Source: Candidatus Eiseniibacteriota bacterium (GTDB lineage Bacteria; Eisenbacteria; RBG-16-71-46; JABDJR01). From it: DNA of 64,000 nt. Below are positions 31,012 through 41,021 of this stretch, one piece after another (within the stretch, counting starts at the first letter, position 1; every line of letters begins with the position of its first letter). A model generated the notes under the pieces. It worked only from the letters and a program-made list of their open reading frames with translations, searched no databases and had not been told where the DNA came from. Location of the stretch: the NCBI GenBank assembly GCA_963762255.1, contig CAVXKA010000003.1, positions 736,001-800,000 of the forward strand, given 5' to 3'. A program made the position numbers and the translations under genes.

Positions 31012-31578
31012 ATGCCGATTCCAGCGACCCAGATGCGGGTGGGTTCCATCATCCTCCACGAGGGGAAGCTTCACCGCGTTGTGTTCAAGCAGCACGTCAC
31101 CCCCGGCAACTGGCGTGGCATGGTCCAGACCAAGCTCCAGAACGTGGAGACCGGATCCACCTCCGAATACCGCTTCCGATCCACCGACACCGTGGAGCCG
31201 GCGCGTCTCGAGAACCACGAGCTGCAATACCTCTATCGGTCGGGTGACGACTTCACGTTCATGAACCAGGAGAACTACGAGATGATCAACCTCTCCGGAG
31301 AGGTGCTGGGCGACGCCGCCAAGTACCTTCAGGAGAACATGGTCATCGTCGCCCAGTATTTCCAGGGGAAGGTGATCGCCATCGACGTGCCGATGACGGC
31401 CATCTATCGGATCACCGAGACCGACCCCGCGATGAAGGGCGCCACCGCCTCGGGGGGAGCCAAGCTGGCCGTCCTCGAGAACGGCATCCAGATCAAGGTG
31501 CCGCAGCACCTGGGCGTGGGCGATCTGGTCAAGATCGACACCCGCGACGACAGCTTCATCGAGCGGGCGAACGGATAG
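31012..31578 (+). CDS. efp: Translation elongation factor P (PGNWRG loop variant)
   Basis: HVTPGNWRGMVQTKL.N..TG, QYLY, FMN.ENYE, TDP..KG.TA, K.A.LE.G..I.VP, IDTR. Confidence 0.93.
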   Translation: MPIPATQMRVGSIILHEGKLHRVVFKQHVTPGNWRGMVQTKLQNVETGSTSEYRFRSTDTVEPARLENHELQYLYRSGDDFTFMNQENYEMINLSGEVLGDAAKYLQENMVIVAQYFQGKVIAIDVPMTAIYRITETDPAMKGATASGGAKLAVLENGIQIKVPQHLGVGDLVKIDTRDDSFIERANG

Positions 31579-31690
31579 CGGTCGGCTCAGGCGGTCCGGC
31601 GCCCCCCCCTTTGACACCACCGCGGGCGCGCGCTCTAATGGTCGTCACGGAGACGGGTTCCCGCGGGGAAACCATCCGGGGAAGGCCTGC

Positions 31691-33100
31691 ATGATCCGAA
31701 CCTGGCGCCTGGTCGCGACAGCCCTGGCCCTGGCGGCGCTCGCCGGCCCCTTCGACGCGCGCGCGCAGACCCCACCCGTGCTGGATCGCGCTCTACGAGC
31801 GGTCCTGGGATCGGACACCTCGTCAGCGCCCGGCGACACCACGCGCGCCGCCCTCGCCGACACCGGCGCGTCCAGCGCGAGCCGCATCGTGCTGTGGGTG
31901 GAACTCGACGACGTCATCGGCTCCATCTCCGCGCGCTACCTCACCGACGCCATCCGCTCCGCCAACGACCGCGAGGCGGAAGCGCTGGTGATCCAGATGG
32001 ACACCCCCGGCGGCCTCGACACCGCCATGCGCCAGATCATCAAGGCCATCCTCGCCAGCGAGATCCCGGTCGCGGTGTACGTGGCGCCGGAGGGCGCGCG
32101 GGCGGCCTCGGCGGGGGTCTATATCGCCTACAGCGCGCACGTCGCGGCGATGGCTCCCGGCACCAACCTCGGCGCGGCCACTCCCGTCAACATGGGCGGG
32201 CAGATGGACTCGACCATGGCCCACAAGGTGACCAACGACGCCGCCGCGTACATCGAAGGGTTGGCCGACCTGCGCGGGCGCAACGCGGCGTGGGCGGTGC
32301 GCGCGGTGCGCGAGGCGGTCTCGCTCCCCTCGGACGACGCCGTGGCCGAGGGCGTGGTCGACTTCATCGCCACCGGCCCCCGCGATCTCCTGCGCAAGAT
32401 GGACGGGCGCATGGTCCATGTCCAGGGCGACAGCGCCCACGTCATCCGGAGCGCGGAAGCGAAGATCGTCGACTACCCGCGCTCCCTGCGCTATCGCATC
32501 CTCGGCATCCTCAACAATCCGAACGTGGCCTACCTGCTCCTCATCCTGGGCTTCTACGGCCTCTTCTTCGAGTTTTCGAACCCGGGGGCGATCTTTCCCG
32601 GGGTCATGGGGGCGATCAGCCTCATCCTGGGACTCTTCGCCCTGCAGAACCTGGACATCAACTACGCCGGGCTCATGCTGATCGTGCTCGGCGTGGTGCT
32701 CTTCTTCATGGAGACGCAAGTGACAAGCCACGGAGTCTTGGGCATCGGGGGGACGATTGCGCTCTTGGCGGGTTCGATGCTTCTCATCGACGCTCCGCAG
32801 CCGTTCCTGCGCGTCTCGCTCAAGGTGATCGTCCCGGTCGTGCTGGCCACCGCCGCGTTCTTCGCCTTCGCGCTGACGATGGCGATCCGCGCTCAACATC
32901 GCAAGGTGGTGAGCGGTCGCGAGGGGCTCGTGGGGATGATCGGGGAGGCGCGCACGCCGCTCGCTCCGGTCGGTCAGGTGTTCGTGGCCGGCGAGCACTG
33001 GACGGCGATCTCCGCGACGGGCACCCCGATCGCGGCCGGGGCCTCGGTCGAGGTCGTCTCGGTGGATCACCTCCGGCTCACGGTGAGACCGGTCGCCTAA
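31691..33100 (+). CDS. nfeD: NfeD membrane-bound serine protease (long form)
   Basis: [25 protein letters not shown] bundle, C-terminal OB domain (G.V.V.GE.W.A). Confidence 0.92.
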   Translation: MIRTWRLVATALALAALAGPFDARAQTPPVLDRALRAVLGSDTSSAPGDTTRAALADTGASSASRIVLWVELDDVIGSISARYLTDAIRSANDREAEALVIQMDTPGGLDTAMRQIIKAILASEIPVAVYVAPEGARAASAGVYIAYSAHVAAMAPGTNLGAATPVNMGGQMDSTMAHKVTNDAAAYIEGLADLRGRNAAWAVRAVREAVSLPSDDAVAEGVVDFIATGPRDLLRKMDGRMVHVQGDSAHVIRSAEAKIVDYPRSLRYRILGILNNPNVAYLLLILGFYGLFFEFSNPGAIFPGVMGAISLILGLFALQNLDINYAGLMLIVLGVVLFFMETQVTSHGVLGIGGTIALLAGSMLLIDAPQPFLRVSLKVIVPVVLATAAFFAFALTMAIRAQHRKVVSGREGLVGMIGEARTPLAPVGQVFVAGEHWTAISATGTPIAAGASVEVVSVDHLRLTVRPVA

Positions 33101-33128
33101 GGCGAACCGGCGGAAAAGGAAGGTTGTC

Positions 33129-33938
33129 ATGACCATCGGTCTGGGAATCGTCGTTGTCTTTCTGTTCATGCTCGTCTCGAGCGCGGTTCGGGTGCTGCGC
33201 GAGTACGAACGGGCGGTGGTATTCCGCCTGGGGCGCTTCGTCGGCGTGCGCGGCCCGGGGCTCTTCCTGCTCATCCCGATGGTCGACCGCATGGTGAAGA
33301 TCTCGTTGCGCGTCATCACCATGGACGTCCCGCCTCAGGACGTGATCACCAAGGACAACGTGTCGATCAAGGTGAACGCCGTCCTCTACTTCCGCGTGGT
33401 GGATCCGGAAGGGGCGGTGATCTCGGTCGAGGACTTCTACTACGCGACCAGCCAGATGGCCCAGACCACGCTCCGCAGTATCGTGGGACAGCATGAACTC
33501 GACGAGATCCTTTCCGCCCGCGAGAAGGTGAACCTCCAACTACAGACCATCATCGACGAGCGCACCGATCCCTGGGGAATCAAGGTGACGTCCGTGGAGA
33601 TCAAGGACGTCGACCTGCCCCAGGAGATGCGCCGCGCCATCGGGCGGCAGGCGGAGTCGGAGCGGGAGCGGCGCGCCAAGGTCATCAACGCCGAGGGCGA
33701 GTACCAGGCCTCGGAGAAGCTCGCCATGGCGGCCCGTGTCATCGCCGCAGAGCCGATGGCCATGCAGTTGCGGTATCTGAGCACGCTCGCCGAGATCAGT
33801 ACCGAGCGCGGAAGCACGGTGATCTTCCCGGTGCCGATCAATTTCGTAGAGGGGATGGGCGGCCTCGCCAAGCGGCTGATGGGAGTCGTGGCGGATCCCA
33901 AGGGACCGGAGACCAAGCCCGCGGGGCCCGAGAACTGA
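33129..33938 (+). CDS. SPFH/stomatin (slipin) family protein
   Basis: [38 protein letters not shown]. Confidence 0.93.
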   Translation: MTIGLGIVVVFLFMLVSSAVRVLREYERAVVFRLGRFVGVRGPGLFLLIPMVDRMVKISLRVITMDVPPQDVITKDNVSIKVNAVLYFRVVDPEGAVISVEDFYYATSQMAQTTLRSIVGQHELDEILSAREKVNLQLQTIIDERTDPWGIKVTSVEIKDVDLPQEMRRAIGRQAESERERRAKVINAEGEYQASEKLAMAARVIAAEPMAMQLRYLSTLAEISTERGSTVIFPVPINFVEGMGGLAKRLMGVVADPKGPETKPAGPEN

Positions 33939-33963
33939 CCCCGCGCCCATGCAGGAGGAACCC

Positions 33964-34827
33964 ATGAAGCTTCGGTGGATAGCCGGCGTCGCGCTCCTGG
34001 CGACACTGACCGCGTGCGACGACAAGACTCGCGATCTGGTGACGCCCGATACCTCCGCCGTCCAGGCGGTTGCTGTCGGCGCCGCCAGCGCGTCCGCTCT
34101 CGGCGTGCAGGCCTATACGCTCGCTATTCTGGCCGACGTCGGAAGGAAGCCGGAGGCCGCGCCGGCATGGAACCCCGCGGTGGGCGACACGCTTCTCCCC
34201 GGGATCCTCACCTGCCCGGTGGTGATCGAGGAGGCGGGTGGCGAGGACGGCTTCCTGCTTCGTCTCGACTACGGGGACGGCTGCACGTCCAAGTTGGACT
34301 CGGTCACCACGAGCGGGCAATTCGAGTTCACCGCGACCGAGCAGGCTCCCAGCGGGCTCGAGCTGACGGCCGAGTTCAGGGACTTCGTGCGGGGCGGCCG
34401 CGCGGTGGACGGCATCCTGGAAGCGAGCGGGCACACCGGCGACGCCGTGGCGATCAGCGCACGCGCTCTGGGTCTGACCGGGGAGGGCGCAGCGATTCTT
34501 CTGAACATGGACATCTCCGCGCAGCGGGCGGGGGCGCTCGTGATCGACGTGCCCCCCATGGACCCCGCCTACTGCGTTTCGTGGATCGTCCCGCACGGCT
34601 CCGGCTCCGTGGAGGGTGTGGTCGGATCCCAGGAGATCGTGTTCAGCTTCTCGGTCACGGACACGATCCTCGTCTCGACCTGCTGCGCCTATCCCTCCGC
34701 CGGCGTGTTGCGCATCACCGCGGCGGGATTGATCCCGGCGACCGTGGACTTCGGCGACGGCACTTGTGACAACGTGGCCACGCTCACCGTGGCCGGCCAT
34801 TCACAACAAATCACTCTGGGGAACTGA
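33964..34827 (+). CDS. Hypothetical lipoprotein
   Basis: Lipobox LTAC; LDYGDGC and VDFGDGTCDN motifs. Confidence 0.75.
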   Translation: MKLRWIAGVALLATLTACDDKTRDLVTPDTSAVQAVAVGAASASALGVQAYTLAILADVGRKPEAAPAWNPAVGDTLLPGILTCPVVIEEAGGEDGFLLRLDYGDGCTSKLDSVTTSGQFEFTATEQAPSGLELTAEFRDFVRGGRAVDGILEASGHTGDAVAISARALGLTGEGAAILLNMDISAQRAGALVIDVPPMDPAYCVSWIVPHGSGSVEGVVGSQEIVFSFSVTDTILVSTCCAYPSAGVLRITAAGLIPATVDFGDGTCDNVATLTVAGHSQQITLGN

Positions 34828-34832
34828 GCAAA

Positions 34833-36101
34833 ATGCACACTTATCAATCGACCCTTCGCCTCGCCGGTGTCGTATCCCTGGTCGCGCTGCTGGCCGGATG
34901 CGCGGGAGCGCGCGTCGATCCCGCTCCGCTCGCGGAAGAGGTCGCCCGCCTGCGGGAGGAGGCGCGCGCGATGGCCGCCGACAGCGTCTCGCTGGGCTAC
35001 CTCACCGTCGCCGACACGCTCTTCGCCCGCGCCGAAACCGCGGAGGCCGCCTCCCCCGCCGTGGCGATCTCCCTCTTCGAGGAGAGCCGCGCCGCCGCCG
35101 CGACCGCCGTGGCCGCCTCGGTGGCCGCCCGCCGCGCCGCCGAAGCGGACGAGTGCGCGCAAGCGGTGGACTCCGCGCGACAGGATTGGCAGGACGCGCT
35201 TCGCACGCTCGACCAGACCGAGAAGGCGGCCGAGCGCACCGCCAAGGGGGTGACCCGCGCCGACGGGGACCTTGGCGATCTCCTGGTCATTCCCCAACAG
35301 CGGATCGCTTCCCCCGAGGCGCACCCCACCGCGGAGGGGGTGCGCAGCGAAGCTGCAACGTGGAAGGGGCTCGCGAAGATGGTCGATGCGCCCTCTGCCG
35401 ACCAGGAAAACGTCTGGACTCGCGCGCTGGCCGCGGCCGCCAACCCCAAGCTCGCGCCCGCCGAGGCCGACCGCCACCTGCGCCGCGCGGGTTGGGCGGT
35501 GACCGAGCTCGCGTGGCGGGTGAGCGCCGAGATGTGGAGCTCGCGCTGCGGGTGGGCCCTCGGCCGCGCCCAGACCTACGCGCACTACCGCGACCAGGCG
35601 CTCTGGGCCATGGCCGACCTCGAGCGGAGCATGAAGGATAGCGCCCGACGGCAGCTCGATGAAGAGCGCGCGCGCCTGGAGGACCGCCAGGAGCAGCTCT
35701 ACAACTCGCTCAAGCAGTTCGAGGGGAAGTTCGCCAGCATTCGGCGCGACGCGCGCGGCACGATCATGTCGCTCGCCGACATCCTCTTCGACTTCGACAA
35801 GGCTGTGTTGCGGCGTGAGGCCGAACTCAACCTGGCCAAGGTGGCGGTGATCCTCGATCAGTTCCCCGAGATGCACATCTTCGTGGAGGGGCACACCGAC
35901 AACGTCGGCAAGGAGGACTACAACCAGAAGCTCTCCGAGCGGCGGGCGGTCGCGGTGCGCGATTTCCTCCAGTCGCAGGGGGTCGATGCTGCGCGCATGG
36001 AGACCCAGGGATACGGCATGTCGCAGCCGGTAGCCCCCAACGACACCGAAGAAGGCCGCCAGAAGAACCGCCGCGTGGACCTGGTCATCCGGGAGGAGTA
36101 G
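34833..36101 (+). CDS. OmpA-C peptidoglycan-binding lipoprotein with long helical N-terminus
   Basis: Lipobox LAGC; FDFDK..L, VEGHTD, N..LS.RRA, GYG...P, NRRV. Confidence 0.9.
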   Translation: MHTYQSTLRLAGVVSLVALLAGCAGARVDPAPLAEEVARLREEARAMAADSVSLGYLTVADTLFARAETAEAASPAVAISLFEESRAAAATAVAASVAARRAAEADECAQAVDSARQDWQDALRTLDQTEKAAERTAKGVTRADGDLGDLLVIPQQRIASPEAHPTAEGVRSEAATWKGLAKMVDAPSADQENVWTRALAAAANPKLAPAEADRHLRRAGWAVTELAWRVSAEMWSSRCGWALGRAQTYAHYRDQALWAMADLERSMKDSARRQLDEERARLEDRQEQLYNSLKQFEGKFASIRRDARGTIMSLADILFDFDKAVLRREAELNLAKVAVILDQFPEMHIFVEGHTDNVGKEDYNQKLSERRAVAVRDFLQSQGVDAARMETQGYGMSQPVAPNDTEEGRQKNRRVDLVIREE

Positions 36102-36116
36102 GGCAGTCCCTTCGAG

Positions 36117-37826
36117 TCAGCTTCGCGCCCGCTTCTTCTCGCGGATCCGGCTCACCGGCCGTGCGTTGACGACGTGCTCCTTGGTGAGCCAGGCACGTCG
36201 CGCGGTCCGCACTCCCAAGCTCATGGCATCGAGCATCGCCGTGGAGTGCGCGTCGGTGTTGATGACGATTGTCGCGCCCCGCTCCGCGGCCAACCGCACG
36301 CTCTCCGCAGAGAGATCCAATCGTTCGGGCGACGCGTTCAGCTCCAGCGCGGTGCCGGTGGCCGCCGCCTTCTCGATGACGGCTTCGAGATCGTAGCCCT
36401 CGTACCCGGTCCGCTTGCCGATCAGCCGCCCGGTGGGATGCCCGATCGCGTCCACGTGGGGATTCTCCATCGCCTTCAGCACGCGCTCGGTGACGCGATT
36501 GCGGAAGCCCGCGTGGACGCTGGCCACGATCCAGTCGAGCCGCGCGTGCGCCTCGATGGGAAGATCGATCGCGCCCTCGGCGGTGATGTCCACCTCCAGG
36601 CCGTGCAGCACGCGGATCTCCGGCACCGCCGCGCGCGCCGCCTCGATCTCCGCCTTCTGCTCCTTCCACCGGGCGTAGGTGAGGCCGTTGGCGTAGACCG
36701 CCGAGGCGCTGTGGTCGGTGATGGCGATGTAGGCGTAGCCCCTCGCCTTGGCCGCGAGCACCATCTCCAGAACCGAGCTCCGCCCGTCGCTCCAGGTCGT
36801 GTGCGTGTGCAGATCCCCGCGCACGTCCTTCTCCCGGAGCACCGCCGGAAGGCGTCCCTCGCGCGCCGCGTCGATCTCGCCGCGGTCCTCCCGCATCTCC
36901 GCCGGGATCCAGGGGAGGCCGAGCGCCGCGTACACCTCTTCCTCGGTCTTTCCCGCCACGCGGGTCTCGCCCTTGAAGACGCCGTACTCGTTCACCTTCA
37001 GGCCCATCTTCTTTGCGACCTCGCGAAGGTGAACGTTGTGCTCCTTGCTCCCTGTGAAGTAGCAGAGGGCCGCGCCGAAGGACTCCGGCGGCACCACGCG
37101 CAGATCCACTTGCCGTCCTCCCTCGAAGAGCACGCTCCCCTTGGTGTCGCCCGACGCGAGCACGCGCTCCACACCGGGAAGCCGGGTGAGCGCGCCCACG
37201 ATCTCCGCGCCGCCTTTGGAGGGAACGAGAAGGTCGAGATCGCCGATCGTCTCGCGGCAGCGGCGCATCGACCCCGCGAACACAGCCTTCTTCACGTCGA
37301 TCGAGACGGCCAGCGCCTCCAGCACGCGCCGCGAGAGGGCAAGCGCCTCCGCCATCGGCATGCGCTCGCGGTTGCGGGCGAGGAGATCGATACCGGTGCG
37401 AATGTTCTCGGCGAGCTTGGGACCGAAGCCTGGGAGCGCGGCGACCGCGCCGCTCGAGAGCGCGGTCTCCAGCGAGGCAAGGTCGTGGATGCCGAGATCG
37501 CGGTGCATCTGCGCGAGCCGCTTGGGTCCGAGCCCGCCGATCGCGCGCAGATCCATGAGCGCGCGGGGGATCCCCGCGGTGGCTTCCTCGAACGCGGTCA
37601 TCGCGCCGCGCGACAGGTACTCGGCCACGTCCGCGGCCAGCCCTTTACCGATGCCCGGAACGTCGGTGAGCCGCTTTTCGGCCAGAAGCGTCGTGATGTC
37701 CTCGGCGAGGTCTGCGACCACCCGCGCCCCGCGCCGGTATGCGTTCACCCGAAACCGGTTCTGGTCCTTGAACTCGAGAGCATCGGCGATCGCGTCGAAG
37801 AGCCGGGAAATTTCCTGGTTCACCAT
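36117..37826 (-). CDS. polX: DNA polymerase X / PHP 3'-5' exonuclease
   Basis: HhH motifs, [27 protein letters not shown]; PHP motifs HTH, TDHS, HPTGR, NTDAH. Confidence 0.95.
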   Translation of the reverse strand: MVNQEISRLFDAIADALEFKDQNRFRVNAYRRGARVVADLAEDITTLLAEKRLTDVPGIGKGLAADVAEYLSRGAMTAFEEATAGIPRALMDLRAIGGLGPKRLAQMHRDLGIHDLASLETALSSGAVAALPGFGPKLAENIRTGIDLLARNRERMPMAEALALSRRVLEALAVSIDVKKAVFAGSMRRCRETIGDLDLLVPSKGGAEIVGALTRLPGVERVLASGDTKGSVLFEGGRQVDLRVVPPESFGAALCYFTGSKEHNVHLREVAKKMGLKVNEYGVFKGETRVAGKTEEEVYAALGLPWIPAEMREDRGEIDAAREGRLPAVLREKDVRGDLHTHTTWSDGRSSVLEMVLAAKARGYAYIAITDHSASAVYANGLTYARWKEQKAEIEAARAAVPEIRVLHGLEVDITAEGAIDLPIEAHARLDWIVASVHAGFRNRVTERVLKAMENPHVDAIGHPTGRLIGKRTGYEGYDLEAVIEKAAATGTALELNASPERLDLSAESVRLAAERGATIVINTDAHSTAMLDAMSLGVRTARRAWLTKEHVVNARPVSRIREKKRARS

Positions 37827-37968
37827 GGGGTATCCTTCCCGCGCCCGGCGGGGGGCGGGTCCACCTAGCGCCCGCGCGCGCGGCGGGCTCAAGCACTCAC
37901 CGCAAGCCTAGGGCCGCCGCGGATCCTCCGCAACGGCGCGCGCAGGGGGGAGGGCCCGTCGAGCGGCG

Positions 37969-37997
37969 TGGACACAGGCCGCCAATCTCTTTAGAAT
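37969..37997 (+). promoter_or_regulatory. sigma70-like promoter TGGACA-N17-TAGAAT
   Basis: Read upstream of the HEAT-PPIase gene. Confidence 0.5.
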
Positions 37998-38053
37998 CTT
38001 CGGTTTGGCTCATTGCGGCCCGCCGCGCGCGGGTACGCGGAGGAAGCTCCTCG

Positions 38054-40069
38054 ATGCGACTTCGGCTTGTCCCACTCTTCGCCCTGTTCGCCGCCGCTCT
38101 CCGCCTCACCATGGCGGAGGCCGCCCTCCCCCCCGATCTGGTGCGCGAGATCCTCACGCGCGAGCAGGCCCGCACGACGGCCGACGGGTACCTCGCCGGG
38201 CTCACCGCGGACGATCGGGGCGAGGTTCGGGCGCGGGCCTATCGCGCGCTGGGGCGCCTCCAGGACCCCGCTCTCGTCGAGGTTCTCACGCGCGGGCTCA
38301 AGGATCCCGACGAGACCGTGCGGATCGAGGCCGCCTTTGCGCTGGGTCAGCTCAACGACACGGTCGCGGAGGCCCCGCTCGGCGCCGCGTTGACCAGGGA
38401 GAAGGCTCCGGCGGTGCGCGAGCGCATCGTGGAAGCGCTCGGCAAGTCGGGAGGCGACGCCTCGGTGGAGTTCCTCGCCGGCATGCTCTCGTCCTCCGAA
38501 GCGCCCCTCGCCCGCCAAGCAGCGCTCGCGCTCGGCGTGATGGCGGTGCGGGAAATCGACATCTCCACGACGACGGCGGCGCTCGATCAGGCCTTGCGGT
38601 CCGCGGATCCCGAGCTGCGCTGGCGCGCCGCCTTCGCGGTGCAACGCGGCAAGCTCGCGAACACAACGATCGGGCTGACGCGGGCCCTCAAGTCAGAGGA
38701 CACGATGACGCTCATCTACGCGGCGCGCGCGGTGGGTGCGCTTCGTTCGAAGTCGCTGAGCGAGAAGGCCCTTCCGCTGCTCAAGCACGAGGACTGGCGG
38801 GTGCGCGTCGAGGCGCTCCGCTGTCTCGGCGCTGCCAAGAACTACCTGGCCTCCTCGCAGGCAAGCCTCCTCCTCGATGATCCCAACGACAACGTGCGGC
38901 TGACCGCCATCGAAACCATGGGCAAGCTGGCCTCGGGGGGCGGACTCGGCCGCATTGTCGGCTATGATGCCAGCAGCGACTGGCGCGTGCGCGCGGCCTA
39001 CGTGAAGGCGCAGGCGGAGGGGTCGGGAGACGGCGCGATCCCCGACCTTCGATTGGCCATGAAGGATCCCGACTGGCGCATCCGGCGCGCCGCCGCCGAG
39101 GCGTTCAGCCTGGTCAAGAGCGAGCAATCGCTGTTGCTCATCGAGTCGATGGTGAACGACGAGTCGCCCCTGGTGCTCGCGGCCGTGGCGAACTCGCTCG
39201 TGGAGTTCCCCCAGGTCGAGGCGGTACGGGTGCTGCGCGGTATGCTGCGCGGCTCCGACGCCGCGGTGCTCACCTCCGCCGCCAACGCCGCCGGACAACG
39301 GTTGGACCGCGAGGCGGTGCCGCTCTTGCTGACCGCGTACGATCGGCTGCAAAGTCCGGTCGACACCGAGCCGATGGCCGCCATCCTCGAGGCGCTCGGG
39401 GCGATCCTCCCCGCCGGCGACGACGAAGGTGCGGTGGGCACGCTCGGCGACGTGGACCGCGCGAAGGCGGAAGCGCTCCTCGAGGCCGCGCGCCACGACG
39501 CGGATTATGCGGTATCGCGAAGCGCCGCCGACGCCCTCTCCAAGATCCGGGGTGAGTTGGTGGAGCCGGCCACCGCAGCCCCCGCCGGCGTGCCGGCAGA
39601 GCTCGACCTCGACCTCGCGGTGGCGCTGGAGACCGGCGCCAAGAACGTGACGGCGCGTCTCACCACCGAGCGCGGCGTCATCGTGCTCCGCCTGTTCGGG
39701 TCGGAAGCCCCAGGCACCGTGGCCAACTTCGTGACCCTCGCCGGCAAGGGGTACTTCAACGGGCTCACGTTCCACCGAGTGGTCCCCGACTTCGTCATCC
39801 AGGGGGGAGATCCGCACGGAGACGGATGGGGCGGTCCCGGCTATGCCATCCGCTGCGAAGTCAATCCGCTCCTCTACGATACGGGGCGGCTGGGAATGGC
39901 CCTGTCCGGCAAGGACACCGGAGGGAGCCAGTTCTTCATCACGCATTCCCCTCAACCCCATCTCAACGGACGCTACACGATCTTCGGGGAAGTCATGGAA
40001 GGACGGGACGTGGTCGATAAGATCCAGGTCGGCGACGTCATCGACGAGGTCCGCATCGAGGGCCTCTAG
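38054..40069 (+). CDS. HEAT-repeat protein fused to cyclophilin-type peptidyl-prolyl isomerase
   Basis: Repeated D.D..VR..A..ALG; [38 protein letters not shown]. Confidence 0.92.
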   Translation: MRLRLVPLFALFAAALRLTMAEAALPPDLVREILTREQARTTADGYLAGLTADDRGEVRARAYRALGRLQDPALVEVLTRGLKDPDETVRIEAAFALGQLNDTVAEAPLGAALTREKAPAVRERIVEALGKSGGDASVEFLAGMLSSSEAPLARQAALALGVMAVREIDISTTTAALDQALRSADPELRWRAAFAVQRGKLANTTIGLTRALKSEDTMTLIYAARAVGALRSKSLSEKALPLLKHEDWRVRVEALRCLGAAKNYLASSQASLLLDDPNDNVRLTAIETMGKLASGGGLGRIVGYDASSDWRVRAAYVKAQAEGSGDGAIPDLRLAMKDPDWRIRRAAAEAFSLVKSEQSLLLIESMVNDESPLVLAAVANSLVEFPQVEAVRVLRGMLRGSDAAVLTSAANAAGQRLDREAVPLLLTAYDRLQSPVDTEPMAAILEALGAILPAGDDEGAVGTLGDVDRAKAEALLEAARHDADYAVSRSAADALSKIRGELVEPATAAPAGVPAELDLDLAVALETGAKNVTARLTTERGVIVLRLFGSEAPGTVANFVTLAGKGYFNGLTFHRVVPDFVIQGGDPHGDGWGGPGYAIRCEVNPLLYDTGRLGMALSGKDTGGSQFFITHSPQPHLNGRYTIFGEVMEGRDVVDKIQVGDVIDEVRIEGL

Positions 40070-40097
40070 ACCCTGGGCATCGACAAGGAGACGGTCC

Positions 40098-41021
40098 ATG
40101 AGCACCTCCGCGGTCGAGTACCGGTGCGAGGGAGCGGCATGCGCGCTCGCGCCCCTGGTCGGCGCCCGCCATTGCTGGGCCCACCTGCCCGATCGGGACG
40201 CCTGGCGCCACGAGCAGGAACGTGCGGCGGCGGCCGGCGAGGATCTGGCCGGCTCCGTATTCAAGCGCGCGGACCTCTCCGGGATCGATTTCTCAGGCGC
40301 GATGCTCACCGAGGCGCACTTCGAGGGAGCCACGGTCCGCGGCGCCCGGTTCACTCGCAGCCTCCTCTACGCCGCGCGCTTCGTGGACGCCGACGCCGGC
40401 CGCGCCGATTTCTCCGAGGCGGACATGGGGCGCGTGCGCGCGCACCGGGCCTACCTCGCCGGCGCCCGGTTCGTCCGCACCGGACTTCTTCAAGTTCGCT
40501 TCGTGCGCGCGGTGCTGGATGGGGCCGATCTCAGCGAGGCCGATCTCACCGAAGCCATCGCGATGGGGGCCTACCTCCACAACGCACAGCTCGAGCGGGC
40601 CATCCTCGAAGGCGCGGACTTCTCGGGGGCTTACCTCAAGAAGGCGTTCGCCCGTGAGGCACAGGCAGCGCGAGTGAAGCTGCGCCGCGCGGTGGCGTCG
40701 GATTCCGACTGGCAGGGAGCGATTCTCGAGCAGGCCGACCTGCGCGGGCTGACGGCGATCGCCGCCGACTTCACGCTGGTCTCCGCGGGCCGGGCCGATG
40801 CTCGAGGCGCGCGACTGCGAGCGAGCATCTTCGATCGCGCCGATCTCGAGGGAGCGGATCTCCGCGACGCCGATCTCTCCGACGCCATGCTCGAAGGCGC
40901 CAACCTCACCGGAGCGGACCTCCGGGGGGCGAAGCTCCGAGGGGCGCGGCTGGCGGGAGCGCGTCTCGAAGGGGCACGACTCGAGGGCGCGGAGATGGAT
41001 CCGGGCCCGCGGCCTGCCTGA
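40098..41021 (+). CDS. Pentapeptide-repeat protein with N-terminal Cys/His motif
   Basis: Long A(D/N)LxG repeat array; N-terminal C-x4-C-x9-C-x2-H. Confidence 0.9.
   Translation: MSTSAVEYRCEGAACALAPLVGARHCWAHLPDRDAWRHEQERAAAAGEDLAGSVFKRADLSGIDFSGAMLTEAHFEGATVRGARFTRSLLYAARFVDADAGRADFSEADMGRVRAHRAYLAGARFVRTGLLQVRFVRAVLDGADLSEADLTEAIAMGAYLHNAQLERAILEGADFSGAYLKKAFAREAQAARVKLRRAVASDSDWQGAILEQADLRGLTAIAADFTLVSAGRADARGARLRASIFDRADLEGADLRDADLSDAMLEGANLTGADLRGAKLRGARLAGARLEGARLEGAEMDPGPRPA

Noticed and set aside
36117-37826. polX as a catalytically altered or defence-related polymerase
   Set aside because: The DxD plus third Asp triad and the PHP metal ligands are canonical, and the context is housekeeping.
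38054-40069. HEAT-cyclophilin fusion as a novel architecture
   Set aside because: This fusion is already widespread in several diderm phyla.
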